This document shows, piece by piece, positions 43,783-58,476 of a stretch of 64,000 nucleotides of DNA. The translations under genes were made by a program, and so were the position numbers. Source of the DNA: Octopus vulgaris (lineage: Eukaryota); NCBI GenBank assembly GCA_951406725.2, contig OX597815.1, positions 78,430,001 to 78,494,000 on the forward strand, written 5' to 3'. Below the pieces are notes generated by a model. It had not been told where the DNA came from, made no database searches, and saw nothing but the letters and a program-made list of their open reading frames with translations. Each line of letters begins with the position of its first letter. The first letter of the stretch is position 1.

Positions 43783-44287
43783 ACAATGGGACATGAGAGA
43801 AACCTATGAAAATGAAGTAATTAGTAGTTCGGTTTGCATTCTATATTAACTACTACAACTTAAGCCGGATTTCCCTTCCAAGCGAGCTGCCGTTAAACTT
43901 GAGACACCTAAACCCAACATGACTGAGCAAGCTTTTGGTGTATCTATATCGATAAAATCAAATATTGCATCCTGAAAGCAGTAGATAAGTTTAATCGAAT
44001 AAATTAATCCTTGTAATAGTATTATAATAAGCCCCTCTAAACTTAAAAGCAAAATGTAAACCCAACTCTTAAATACAAAAAAAAATGTTAAAATATTAAA
44101 TGATTCTAATCTGTGAATATGAAATTAAAATCAAAATTAGATTTAAATTATTTTTATTTCTTAAATAAATCGATCCTTGTTCTTATAAAATCATTTAAAA
44201 ATTCCTTTGATAGAACAGACTAAGTTTCTAGTAAGGCACTATGCGAGGTGTGATATAGAGGAGGGGGGTTGCTAAAAAGATTCATAT

Positions 44288-44487
44288 CCTTATATGCCGA
44301 AAAAGTTAGAAGACGGAGGAGGCGTGATTAGACCAAACATCAGAGGATGTAATCGGAGCCAATCACTTCGCATTGAAGTCAGCGTTATCTTTCCTCGTGT
44401 CTGAACATCAGGATATTGGTATGATGACTGGGAGTGGAAGGCATGTTTTACCATTTAAGGGCAAAGTACAAGGCACAAACATAAAAG
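44288..44487. promoter_or_regulatory. Intronic cis-regulatory cluster (CArG-like, GC box, CCAAT, CArG, TATA-like)
   Basis: CCTTATATGC 44288, GGAGGCGTG ~44320, CCAAT 44359, perfect CArG CCATTTAAGG 44451-44460, CATAAAAG 44480. Confidence 0.55.
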
Positions 44488-44649
44488 CCGGCCTCGTGGG
44501 ATTAAAAAAAACTTAGTAAAAAAGAAAAAGACGCAAGGTCTTTTAATTTTTCTTTTTGTAGGTTTTACAAAAGATTGCTAATTTATAAACTATTCTCAAA
44601 ATAAATCTTTAGGAAGTGTATATATTATATATATATATACACACATATA

Positions 44650-44812
44650 TATATTAAATCTGTACATCACCCCCAATACTAATATATATATATATATATA
44701 TATATATTAGTATGGGGGTGATGTACATATTTTATATATATATATATATATATATTAAATCTGTACATCACCCCCAATACTAATATATATATTAGTATTG
44801 GGGGTGATGTAC

Positions 44813-44825
<13 letters not shown>
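44650..44825. repeat. Two tandem palindromes centred on (TA)n
   Basis: tgtacatcacccccaatacta(TA)n ttagtat(t)gggggtgatgtaca at 44661-44727 and 44762-44813. Confidence 0.9.
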
Positions 44826-44856
<31 letters not shown>

Positions 44857-45337
44857 TTATAGCTTTTGTGGAGGTTTTTTCGCTTTCTTGTGGCAAATTA
44901 ATATAAGATTCTTGGTAAGACTAAATTATAGATCAGTTTTGTATATATAATATTATATATACAAAAATCTTATATATAATGTATTCTTATCTAGAATCTT
45001 AAAATATAAAAGTTTTAGTATATATATTAGAGGTAAAAAAGAAAAATCAGTATATATTGTAGTATTAAGTGTATATATTATGGTATTGGGTGTGTATATA
45101 TGATAGTACTAAGTGTGTACATATAGTATTAAGTGCGTATATATTATAGTATTAAGTGTGAATATATTATTCAAACTAGAAACGGGGTAAAAGAAAAAAA
45201 AACTTTAACGGTTCAGTGTTCAAGTAGCTGGTCTATCTAATTGTTCTAAGCTAACAAAGAATAAGATGAAATGCTAGTTTTAAAAATCTAAAAATCTTAA
45301 AGAAAGAAAAAAAAAGGATTTGTTAAATAAGTTTTTA

Positions 45338-45490
<153 letters not shown>

Positions 45491-45574
45491 TTAAAGTCTT
45501 AAACACGAAAGAGAAATTCTACTACTGGTATCAAGGCTGCTGCCTTCCTAATTGTATGAGCTGTAATGAGCAAC

Positions 45575-45744
45575 TGGCGACTGAACAAGCCCGGCTTCCT
45601 CTTTTATTCTTCGGCTCACGCTCAATTCTAAGAAACGGGAAGCCTTTACCATATATGGGCATTGCTTCCTGAAGCTAGTGCTAACCATTTCGGTGCATAC
45701 AGCTCACTATCTAGGAAATACGTATCTATCATGGCCACATATGG
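45575..45744 (-). promoter_or_regulatory. Actin proximal promoter: Inr, TATA-like element, CArG boxes
   Basis: Minus strand TCAGT Inr ~45582, AATAAAA 45608-45602, perfect CArG CCATATATGG 45649-45658, near-CArG CCACATATGG 45735-45744. SRF CArG boxes are standard in actin promoters. Confidence 0.75.
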
Positions 45745-48429
45745 AGGTTTCGCCGTACCACGTAGAATTCTGTCGTTTAGACTATGAAAGATTTAGTATT
45801 TTTCATTTTTGATGCGTCTAAGCATCATTTAATGCATTTAGTTTTTGATGCATGTTGCCTGAAGAAAAGAAGCAGATATTTACTGATTTTTTTACATCGT
45901 GGCGGCTTACAGAAAACTTTGTTTCATGAAACGAAACTTTGTGAAAAGTCGAAAGAAAGTTTACACAATTCTTTATCGACGTTTTTTGTTTTTATCTCGC
46001 AAAAGTCTGAAATGTTCTGCTAAACTGCTGTAAAGTTCAATTAAGCTGCATTGATAAATCTTCAACAGGTATATTTTGTTTTATTCATAATCTTTACATA
46101 CGTTAAATCAATAACTATGATTTCTTTCCTCACTGAGATATTCTCTTCGTTTTAAGACTATTTTTATTAGAATATATGATGTTTTTTCAGAATATATGTA
46201 TTAGATGCGGTAGAATTAAATAACACAGTTTTTAAAAAAACCTAAGTAATGACAATATAACATAATATACATTTGGATAATATGGGGATGAAATATTTAG
46301 GCAATCAAGAGATATTGGATGTAAATATTCATTTACAGTTTTCCTTAGCTAACATATTCAAGGTGTTTCAAGCTAAAAAGGGGATTTCTGTAATACTTTC
46401 ATTCAGTCGAAGGGTTTAACGTTTTGAGAATGCTTAGCTAAATTACACTTTCTTCTTTATTGTTATTATATTGTTGCTATCTTATGCTAGAATAAAGTGA
46501 AATTAAACAAGAAATACTAGGAATGATTTGTTTACGGATGAGGGAAACAGATATTCGACTACAAAGAGTTTTCACCTAACTGCAATAACACCAATAACAA
46601 TGTGTTTTTTTAAGCACTTAAGCCACGTTTCGAAGTTAATATTGTTGTTTATCCCGCGTTAGGCCTGTCTTGCTCGAGACATTTTAGCCGTAATAACTCG
46701 TTTTTATTTATTTATATTTTTTTCTTAAGGGAAGTGTCATATAAATAGAACTACTTTATCTTTACAATGAAAGTGTGTGAATAGAGGTAGATTTCGTTGC
46801 TGTTTCCCACGGGCCGAGCGGCAGCTAATATAGAAAGACTCGTTGCTTCTTCAGTTGTTGCTTACAACAACTAATAAATGTTATATTCCTCTTTCCCTCT
46901 CTTGTAATTGCTAACGGTCTCCTGTAGTAGTTTTCAGCTTGTAGCTATAGCCAACCTAACACGTTTCCTAAACTTCTGAGACGCCTCGTAGAAATCTAAA
47001 GTTGTTCATTATAAATTCATCTTTGTTTCTTTTTGATAATTCGAAAATTTTATTATTCCTATATATTAATTTGAAAAGGGTGGGAGAAAACTATTTCGGA
47101 AGTCCGAATGATCAAATTTTTACGGAAAGAAACGTAAATATGTTTAAAACTCCTTATATCATTGTTTCATACAAAATATATAACTCTAAAATAACTTTGT
47201 CTTCCACGTGATATCTGTAGTGGAATTGTTGTGATCATAATTTATTTCCCAAAATCCTTCGTTTAAAATGTCATCGAAAAGAAAAATATTTAAATAACGG
47301 TAGTCAATGGCTCTAATCTTGGATGTTTGTATTAATTGAAAATCGGTAGGATAATTTCCAAATCCATTTTTGGTAACATCCAGGCATAAAAGCTTCATTC
47401 TGTTGGCATTGAAGAAATGGTTACAGCATAACTTAGAGTTAGAAATGTAAGATTAAGATTCTATATCAATTTTTTTTTTTAAGATTTAATTTTCTCTTAT
47501 AAACTGATGATAAACACCAATGTTTTTTTTTTTTATAAATACTTCAGTTATTCCGATATCTACAAGCCACCTGTTTATATATATAGCGCCAGTGTAGAAC
47601 CCTCTATACGGTCACTAGGCCTGCTAGAAAAACTAAACAAAATCTTTGTTAAATCACACTTTATCTTAGAAAGGGAATAGAGCTGTAGATACTTTTGTCG
47701 GTTTCGTTTTTTTTAGTTTTTTTTTTAAATATGTAAACATATTCTCTGTTCTCTTAACAGGAGTAAAATTAGGTCTGTAGATTATCTATTAAAAGCAAAA
47801 TACCCTCAGGGTAAAGGTAAATGTTATTTAACAGTTAGGATCTAAAATTCTGATAATTATTAGAAAATACAAGTACTATTTGACTGAAAAAATAATAGGA
47901 AAGTATCAGGTGGCTGTGAAACTTTTTTTAAGCAAATTATAGCAGAACAAAGCTTCCGGTTGAAATGAAAAGTGAAAGAATTGTGTTTATATATAACATG
48001 AACAAAATTGTGTTTATATAACATGAACAAAATACTATATAAACAGTATTAATATTGTAGAGTCATCCGATCAAAGCGAAGTAATTTTTTATATTTATTC
48101 ACAAAAACTGCTTATATATATATATATATGACAAAGAGATTGTTTCGCTTTGACCGACAATTTCGTATACTTATACAAATATTGTTTATGGACTATATTT
48201 TAAGAGTTGATTAATTCACCAATATTTCTTTCTATTCGATTATTTGTAACTATAAAACGTCCTTACATTAAAAGTAGGCAATAATTACAAGTATGAAAAT
48301 ATTACTTGCATATTTAGGCAAAAAGCCATAAACCTGGATACAGTGGATATACCGTTACTTTCAATTATTGGCTTCAGTGAAGGGAATTGATTTCATGGGT
48401 GGGTACGTAAAATACAAAGTAGGCCAGTC

Positions 48430-48800
48430 TTTAATTATGGTATCTAATTTAGGTTCAAGGCCAGAAGTTTTGAGGCAGGGGTTTTAATCGATTACATCGT
48501 TCTCAGTACTTGACTGGTACTTTATTTTACCTGTACCGAAAGGATGAAAAGCGTAGTTGACCTCAGATCACCGCTCCAGAGTAGTGTATCATAATCCTTT
48601 TTACTATAGGCACAAGGTTTGAAATTTTGTGGAGGGGACTGACTAGTCGATTACATTGATCCCAGTGCTTCACTGTACTTATTTTATCAACCCTGAGAGG
48701 ATGAAGGCAAAGTCACCTCGGCGGAATTTGAACTCAGAACGACGAAATGCCTCTGAGCATCTGTCCGGCATGCTAACGATTCTGCCAAGTTGCCACCTTA
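48430..48800 (-). mobile_element. Two adjacent family B SINEs (48430-48570 partial; 48590-48800 full)
   Basis: aatccttttactataggcacaagg..gcggaatttgaactcagaac..ctaacgattctgccaagttgccacctta. Confidence 0.8.
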
Positions 48801-51800
48801 CGATAGTGTAAAATAATAAGCGATGTAATGCCTATTTGCTGATATTACTAGTCATTTTTTCTTACGTTACTTTCTTCAAGAAACTAGAGAAATATTCGCC
48901 GCATCTTGTATTGGTTAAACAACCTCCTTCTTGCAATCAGAATAGATGTTATTTTCCCTTCAATACCGGAAGGGACCGAGTTTCCTATTTACTACTTTAT
49001 AATTTAGCACTAACATATCTGATGCAGAGATGATTAAAATGCCAACTAGAAGAAATAAATATTTCTATGGATAATTGAGAAAATGTCGCGTTTAACGTTT
49101 CGTTAGTGTTTACACATCTCTCAGTTCCTTTTAATATCGTCAGAATCATCCTCACCTCGATCAATGTTTCTCATAGGACTGGAGCTCGTGAGAATGGAAG
49201 AAGGAGCGGACAAATTATCATGTTTAATAAAATTAAGACGTTTTAAAGCTTTTTCAACTTGTCCAACACCATAACAAAGAAAGAGTAATTTGATCCAAGC
49301 TCTGTTGTTTCTTCGTTTGAAAAGAGGGGTGAGGGCTGGTATTTGTCAGTTTGAGAATCTAGGTACGTATCTCTCTTTCCTCTTAGGTTCTGTGGGTGTA
49401 AGTTAGGCACAAGTAGTTTTAAGATATCGATGTCAAGACTTTTGAAAAAGTGAAATGTGGTCAATAGTACTATGATGATCTACTAGATGAGGCCGAGTAT
49501 TGTATTTAGGCTTGTGATAACTTACAGATCAAATCGAGTTATTAAATCTGCAGAAAGGAAGAAAGAATCAAACTTTTCTCCAATTATCTTGTATGAAATA
49601 TTTTGTATAAATTCCGGTATAAACAATGTCAAATTAGAGAAATAGTAATGACTGTTATATTGACTGAGGTTATATTACAGAGGAACAATATTTAAAAAAT
49701 CAAGCCGGATAGGGAATATGGTGCAGAATTCATATTTTAAGAATGGTAGCAATGTAAATGGAGTTATGAAGGTCACCACTGGAAACTGAACTAGTTTTGT
49801 TTTTATGAAACATCATAGTGCAGCTATTTACAGAGAGACCAGATTTCGATAGAGAATTTAAAAGATGATTTTAAAATATTATTTAGAACCTTCAGAGTTT
49901 GAGTATCTACATATTTCCATCGGGGACTCCCCCTGCAAGCATTTTACTAATGTAAGTAAGCAGTAAACAACATAACAACCTACTACACTAATTTCTGTGA
50001 ATAATATAATTTTAAAAAGTATTCGCTTCAAACAAGCAAGAGATTGAGTAACCAAACAGGAATAAATTGTAAAATTAGGTTTTGGATTCGATACAGTCGT
50101 TAAAAACACATTAACTTCATCGAAATGTTATGTTTAGATTAATAAACTAATTAGTGGTTTTCATGACTAAGGTGAAGGATTTGGGAGAGGGGCGTCACCT
50201 TGCATTTTAGTTCAAATATAAGCTATATCCAAAGCTTTTTCACAATATCCTAGACTGGCGAAGTTAAAGCAACTGGTGTTTATAGCCTGGACTTTTTACC
50301 AGTTTAAAATGTATTAAACATGCTACTTGGTCGGGAATTACAGCAACCCGTATTTAAGAGACTGATGTTTCTAGGAGCAAGCATAATAAATTACATAAAG
50401 AGAAAGGTTGTCTAATCTGGATGTCGGGGCAAAGTTTTAGGCAATGTATATGTATTATGTGATAAATATATGATTAAAAGTTCTTTTCTCTCTTGATCCG
50501 GCAGAAAATTAGACATTGAGTAAATCTTTAAACTAGAACAAATCAAGATAATCGTTTTTTTTTTAAGAAAATGACAGCGACTGATATTTTATTATTGTAT
50601 TTCGGTTTTAGCAACTGATAGTTTTCCTTTTTTATGTTATATATTTATGTAAGTCTAAACCAAATACAGCGCTATGAGCCTAAAATAATATATTAGTGAA
50701 AAATTTAGAAAAAAATTTCTCGCTTTTTATTTTATTTTTAAACTTGCTTTTGTCGAAAAAAGTTTAGAATGGAGGGTGGGGTGGAAATTTACTTGAAGTT
50801 TCAAAAAACTCGTTTCTTTAAAGAATTTCTAGATTTTAGGAATGACACGAATGTACAAGTCTAATATTATTTCTGTCTCATGTATCATAGTCCCCACCCC
50901 TCCATCTTGTCACAACATTCACACAACTGATTTGGAAGGTTTCTATAATGTTGCTTCCACTATACTTCCGGTGACCCGTTTCTCTTCAATTAATTATCGT
51001 TTGAACATACTGCGTCTAAATTTTATTTAAAATTTGTTTCTTAATAAAGCAATTGCCTTGTAAAGTTTTCCATGAGGAAATTATAATTCAGTTACAATAA
51101 ATGTATTTTAAAAACATTTATCCCTCCCCACCAAATTGGAAGTAATAGAAATGTAATTCCAGCTAGGGTTTGGTCCTAATTCTAATCAAAATAGAAACGG
51201 GTGGTTGTGTTTAATCAGCTTTCTCCCTTTCCTTCACTGGTATTAATAGTGAAAGCTATTTTGTCTGTTCCTCTTCTACTGAGAAGATAATTCTCTCATA
51301 GGGCCAACAAGAACATATACCAACTTGGTTTCATTTAGAAAACTACATTATAACGAAAACTAAATACAGTTCGATAATTTGCACAGGCTCCATAAGCCTA
51401 ATATCAGCGAGGAACTTACTTCCTTCTTCTGTGACCCAGTTCATATTATACTGTAAATGTGCATGTAATAAACATATATTCAAAGGTTGAGAAGTAAAAA
51501 ATAAAGATCGCGGATATGAAAATCATCATACACGCCCACGCGTTGCAGTTGTAGAACTAAAACCATGAATTTGAAAGAAGAAAGATAAGTTAAAACTGTT
51601 AAAAAAATAGTTATAATTACAAGAGTTCTCTCCCACTATTCTATAAATGGTTTAAAATGTGGTCAGGTTAAGTAGCTTGTACATCTCGCAGCATTTTGGG
51701 GTTTTTTCTAGTTCTTCTATTGTATATTTTAGGCGAGTATTTCGTTTTGCTCCAGCTGATTTTCAAGGCCCTCATTTTGCAGGAGTTAATTTTCAGTTAA

Positions 51801-52409
51801 TTCTAATTATACTTTGCAAAAAGTGAACTGTTTGACTTAATTGTTATTGGAACTGTGCTGGCTGTAATTTCTTCCTCATTCCGCCAGGAAGGAATACAAT
51901 GGTGACACAATTTTACTGTTGTTCTCCAAACATTCTCTGAAAATTCAGTTCCGAAACAAATAATTTACATATAGCACTGTAATTTTGAACGTTCTATACA
52001 TGAACTCTCTCTCTCACACACAATATTTATAAGCGTTTTTCTCCAACTTATCAAAGGTAGTGTTAATTAGATAGCGAAGATAGGAATTACAAAAATATGG
52101 AGAGAAGAAAGTAATTAAATCTAATTCTTTACGGTCATATTTTTCCTTATAATTTTCATGATTAATTTACATAAGGTTCATCTTGAATCAAAGACCGATA
52201 CTTGACATCTTCCATTGACACATTTTACTGAAAACATTCACCTTGATCCGACTAATTGTTTAGAAATCTGTCAAGAGGAGAATATCAACATTTTGTGTAT
52301 GTCCTCTTATATCAACCCCTGCACATCCACTGTCTCGCGTATTAGGACTCATGTATTAGGACTCATGTATTAGGACTCGCGTATTAGGACCATGATGTAT
52401 AAGTGAACG

Positions 52410-52560
52410 AGATCACAACATTCCCTCTTGAATGGGCCGAGCGGTCTAGAGCAACATGAAATAAAGTATTCGCCCGAACACAACGCACCGCCCAGTACGG
52501 GAATTGAAACCACGATCTTCCGATCGTGAATGCAGCATCTTAACCACTAGGCCATGCAAC
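52410..52560 (-). mobile_element. Old tRNA-derived SINE head
   Basis: Minus strand gcatggcctagtggttaag..cgtggtttcaattcccgtac has A/B boxes. Preceded by a 14-bp tandem repeat (gtattaggactcat, ~4 copies, 52339-52390). Confidence 0.6.
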
Positions 52561-55302
52561 TACCCTGTAGTAATAAAGTTTATTTTGTTGCTTGCCAGAA
52601 ACGTGTTTTTGAGGCCTTGTTTGGTTTTTTCGTATCAAGCAGTTCTACAGAATATCTTGTTAGAAGTTATTTATTTAGCAAACAGTAAAAATGGATGTTG
52701 TATAACAAATCTTGAATTGGTGTACAAATTTTAACACTACTACATACGATCATATATATTACTTTAGTTGTATATCTATAAATGTAATTAATAAAGACCT
52801 AAGTTATGAATACTCCCACCCTCTACCACCGCTTCACTAATAATAATAATAATAATAATAATAGTAATAATAAGGAAGCTGCTGTTTGAGATAGATTTAC
52901 TGTCCGGATGGGTTTATACAACAAATGTTTCATTAGAAAAGCAACATTTGATTGTGAATATGGTGAATGTCCAAGTTATGGTTGACGTGCTTTTTCTACA
53001 AGTTCGTTTGCGTGCATATATATAACTTTGGGGAAATGGATAGGTTTGAGATAAAATAAAATGAGTTATTTATTTGCTTTAATATAAATAGGCTGACGTT
53101 ACTGAATATAGTTCAGCTGTGATTAGTCAGTGTGGTTATTTTAAAGGTTTTTACGTAGTTATATATTCATAATTTCGTAGATGTACTTGTTTGACAAGTG
53201 GTTTTATAATTGATGCTAGAAATGAAATTCACATTGCAATGCTGTTATTTGCTGGCAAACACTAAATTACGATTACGATTTTTTAAAAATTTTGCTGAGG
53301 TTGTGGAGTATTTTTTTTTTACGTCACATACAATATTCTAGGTATAAATGAAATCAAATTTCGATATTTATTTTAACTCAAGGAGCTAATTTACGTTAAT
53401 AATAATACAAATGTATCTTTCTTTTCAATAAAGAATTCTACTTCGATTGATGTAATAAATATCTTTTTGTGAATAAAGATTATTTAACTGTATTTGTTGT
53501 TTGTGTGGTTTTTAAAGTATGCTTTGATATCTATTAAGAACTTTCGTTCCATTTTTACTTGTTTTTGTTATTTATTTGCATTTTTTTATTTTCCATATCT
53601 TAATATGGCTCACTTCCTGAAAGTTGTCATTACAGCTCTGATCATTTGATAGCTAGAGTTTATTTTAAACAAGTGTTGCGATTGGCTGACATATTGAAGT
53701 GTTACCAATCTGGTTCACGAAATTATGAAGACGTTCATTTCCTCGTGGAGTTTTGTAAAAAAAAAATCACTACATATGACCTGTGTCGGCGTGACTCATT
53801 GAACATCACCTAATAATAGATTATGGTCACAGGTGCGAAAAAAGAATTTTGAGAACGCAAAGATGTTAATTATAAATAACAATAGGTCTTATTTGAAATA
53901 ATGTAAAATGTTAGTTGTCCAAAAGATGAGGTCGGTGGTCGGTTAAAACTCAAAAACGTATTGGTTTCATTCGCTTGTTTAACCTCAAGTCAGTCCTGAT
54001 TGAGGAGGCCTATGAAGAAAGGTTTTCCATCTATGACTATCCCGTCTTTTCCAATGCACCGGAGCATTGACCACATTATAAGACAGTGAGTTGAGGGAGA
54101 TTTAACAACTATTTAGAACAGACGGAGCCACCACCTATAATCTCTGTTCACGTCCTACATTTATGTTTCTGCTACACGACTCAGCTTCGCTAAATTGGGA
54201 CTGCTCAGAAATTGTAAATTGACAACTTTATTGTTCAGAGCTTGAATTCTACGATTCTCACTGCTAACTTAAACATACCGTTCTAAGATTAATCAGCAGC
54301 CATATTTTCAAATGTGTTCAAGTTCAAATATATATGTATATATATACAGAGAGAGAGAGAGAATTAGCCAACTGGAGACTAAAATATTTTCGAATATCCG
54401 TATGTCATTTTGAAATGCTGAACATGTCGTTTAGAATATAAGAATCGATGTAATTTTCATGCTTGCAGTAGTTCTATTTATTAATTCATTAATAAATAAC
54501 TATATTAGTAGCAATATACGATTGAAGGACTTGGTATCAGTACTTTCCTAAATAGATCGACTACGTTGTGTCTGAATTGCCCCTAGACTTGATTAACTTC
54601 AGTAATAGAAATAAAGTGAGGAGTTCGACGTTCCTTCACTTTTCAGCTCACGGAGAGTGTTGGCTTATAGTATCTAATACCATCTCAACCTCTCGTACTA
54701 GCGTCCCCTAATTCCTAATACTGATTTCTATTACTGCTTACCTTATTTTCTTAAACTTTGATGCATAGTTGTGAACGCAGAAAGAAAAGACACTCATTAG
54801 AAACTACTGGTATAAATTACATTCAAGACAAAATCATTATAAAGTGTCAGCTGGATCTCCTCTGGGGACTCTGCATCGTCTATTATTCTCATCACATTGC
54901 CACCATAAATCTGACTACGCGAAATATTTTAACTCTGGAATGATTCCCTATTTAATTACAAAAGCTATGCCAACAGTTTATCAATAGAAACGATTACTCA
55001 AATTTGAGTGGAAAATTTTGTTCTTAAGTATATATAAATTAATGAAATGGCGCTTTTTGCTTCCTGGGTGCTATGAAAGTGAAAGAATTTACTTGGTCAG
55101 AAGGTAGAGGCAGTCGAAAACTGAACCCTATAATTTTAAATAAAAATAATATATTGTTAACTATTCTCTTCAACTTACACTCCATACAATTGGGTAACAA
55201 ATAACTAAGATTTGCTTTTGTTGATTAGGAATATTTGATGGAACCAACTATAGTTAAGGCGACCACACATTAAATGTTTTATAATCGTTAACCGGTATTT
55301 TA

Positions 55303-55530
55303 CTGTGCGCCGGTTTACTTTAATGCCATAAATACTTTCATTTTGCAGGAACATTTAATTTATGACCTGGAAAACACCTATATTTAACAAGGCAAATACT
55401 TTCACTTTCATAAGCTCTGTGCGCCGGTTTACTTTAATGCCATAATACTTTCATTTTGTAGGAACACTTTTAATTTATGATCTGGAAAACACCTACATTT
55501 AACAAGGCAAATACTTTCACTTTCATAAGC
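55303..55530. repeat. ~113-bp tandem duplication
   Basis: ctgtgcgccggtttactttaatgccata..tactttcactttcataagc occurs twice with few differences. Confidence 0.9.
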
Positions 55531-56465
55531 CCTGAAACGATGGAATTTCTACAAGGAAATGTGAAGCATCAAACCAGCTAGTATACACTTGCCAATCTAT
55601 TTTTGGTACCGCGACCCAGCTACCGCATATGTCTTAAATAAATAGTAAACCGGAAGCACAAATTTCAAAGATAACTAGGCTACCACCGACTGATGTATCA
55701 CGTGCCATGATGACGTAATACTTGCGAAGACCTATTTATTACATATATATAAGAATTTTTCAGATTAGTTTCTTTTGTCATCAGCAACTCCATTTCCAGA
55801 TAGTGTTGGCATCACCTGAAAAGTAAGAAAGAATACCGATTTTTCACCGAAATGCAACATGATCTCAGAATTACTTAAATTTAATTGAGACAGAAAAGAA
55901 CAAATGCTCTAATATATTTTGGAACTTCAAAGGCTGTAGATTAGCCGAACTTAGAATATTCATTTTTGTCATTGTACGTTATCTGTTACATCTTGTTGAG
56001 ATCGACTTTACCATTTGGAGATCAATAAACTACTGTGATTGATTCTTTTGGCTATCACAAGCATTGTTGCTGAAGTTTTTAAAAATATCAATTTATTTGA
56101 AAATGATGTAACAATTGTCGTAAAGGTGAAGTGTCGACCAAGACATTTCATAAACCGAGTTGAATCAATTTATGCTTCCAAGGTTCCTGAGAAAATATCT
56201 AGGCACAAGGATACACATTTATAAAAATTTATGTGAAATTCTGAGATAAGATAGAGCAGGAGTTCCCAGCTGTAAAAAAAAAAAGGTCTTCTTGACCAGT
56301 GTTCTCCATTAATTGGTTATATCTATCACAACAAACCAAACAATGGCTTTATCAAGTTCACAAATTACTTATGGTTTGACCCTGAGCTTTATTCACGGCT
56401 CACATAGCAACAATGTGACAACCTTTTTATTTTTGATTGTTTCGATTTTTTTTTTTACCTCGATT

Positions 56466-56753
56466 ATTTTTTTATGCGCCCTTTTCAAGCCTAGCCAGGC
56501 TCATGGGCTCGGTTTCCCGGTTTCTATGGCGTATGCGTTCCCCTCAGCTGGATGGGATGCTAGTCCATCGAAACGTTACTCAAGAAACGGGGAGAAAGTT
56601 GGAGCGAAAGAGTACAACGGGTCGCCACCATGCCCTGCCGGAGCCTCGTGGAGCTTTAGGTGGGTTTTTTTTCGCTCAATAAACACACATCGCCCGATCT
56701 GGGAATCGAAACCGCGAGTCCGCTGCCCAAACTACTGGGCCATTGCACCTCCG
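56466..56753 (-). mobile_element. SINE family C, tail type 2, 13-bp TSD
   Basis: TTTTACCTCGATT at 56453-56465 and 56754-56766. Tail contains gatggactagcatcccatccagc..agaaaccggg. Confidence 0.88.
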
Positions 56754-58086
56754 TTTTACCTCGATTGGTCTTGCTTTATTCAATTCTATTCTGAAGAAAG
56801 ATCTAAGAAGAAAAAAGTCCTCATAATAGTACTTGGACAAATTCCTCCAGGAAATACCAGACACCAGGATACACATGTCCGCACGTGACAACTTCCTATT
56901 CGAGTGGGCTATGATGCCCTAAAACATGATTTAAAAGACTTATCCAAGAAGTGTAAAGTTAGGCATGACCTGGATCAATAGCGGTCAGAACCTTAAGTTA
57001 ATCTTAATAATTATGAACTCACTCTATCTTCGAGATGCGACATTGACAGAGGAAAAACATAATTAAACAATGAATGGTTAAAATAAACAAGTACCCTCAG
57101 ACAACAGATTAGAAAAGAATTTAGTCTTATATAGTGTGTCTTATAAATTATAGTTCCTGAAAGTTGGCTGAGTAAACAAGATATTGAAAGGCTAGGCCAT
57201 AAGTTCAAACATTTTGCCGCCGGTGGTGCTTCGTTGTGTTTCTCAATCAGAACAATTTATTCTACATTGCTTCAGGTTGTCCTAACTGCCGGAGTTAATC
57301 ACTTGGTCAAACAGAAGCTGCCGTATGTGGGCAAGATCCTACTCTGCATTAAACTAAATATGCACAGGATATTCTCATCCACCAATAAGAGGACATCTTC
57401 CTCTCTCAAGGAATTACCCTTTTTTTTCTATTTTAAGTCGTATATTCCGAACAATAACGTTGTTGCTTAGAGGCTTCCAGTGAGTCAATCATTGAGTCAT
57501 TTTACTTCTGACGACAGTAGTGTCTTACTCAATACCAAACAAATATTACAAGCAACTTTGTTCTAAAGCAGCGGTTTGTCAGACATCTTGTCGATAAAAC
57601 TGAAATACACTAAACTCGATTTGAAGCTTATTTTGGTTGTAGCTTACACAATGAATAATGTGTTGCGTATAACTAAAACTTCTATTGTAATTGGAACACC
57701 AATGAAGGTTTCATCTTCAGGTGGTGTCGCTTAGTTAAACTATCCCGGTAGACTCTTTCTCTCTTGGATTTAAATTTGCTTGAAGGTTGAAAGTACCTCA
57801 AACTAAGAGACAACATATAAATATTATAAAACTGCCACAGTTTCGTGTGTCGTGATGTTGCTGTCATATGGTGCCTATTTACAGTTATGCGATCTGGACC
57901 ATTTTTTTAGTTTTTTATTACAGACACGGTGCTGTGTCGTTAACAGATACGAACTTACGACGTAGCATTCTCGTACTGTAGCGCAACAAATGTGTTGTTT
58001 ACCCCCATGTTAACTGGGTTTGAGCAGACAAATGATCAAAAACATTCCAACTGTGACCATCTCATCTAGGAATTATCTGTTTGATT

Positions 58087-58118
<32 letters not shown>

Positions 58119-58476
58119 ATGGTGGGTATGATATGAAGAAAACTTGGTTTCTATTTCTAACAGATCGAACGACGATATAGAGGCTCTCACTGTTGATCTT
58201 GATAAATAAATATGACAGATACGGGAGTATTACCCAAATATGACTGTTGAAGTATTGACTCAGGAACGTGTGTCAGGATGAGAAAAGTTGTATGGAAACA
58301 AACAACCTTTCTATTTTATGACTTCGGGAGCTCTCAGCAGATGATCCTTGGGTCACCTTTGATCCATGTTATAACTTTTAGTGCTTTACTGGAAAATTGG
58401 CAAAATGGGTATCCTTTTTGCTTCAGAGCGAGTGGCAAATGCCACAATTTTCTCTATAAACATATGCTTCATCATG

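Noticed and set aside
56313-56888. 191-aa ORF with a hydrophobic stretch
   Set aside because: It runs antisense through a TSD-flanked SINE and T-rich flanks; a chance ORF.
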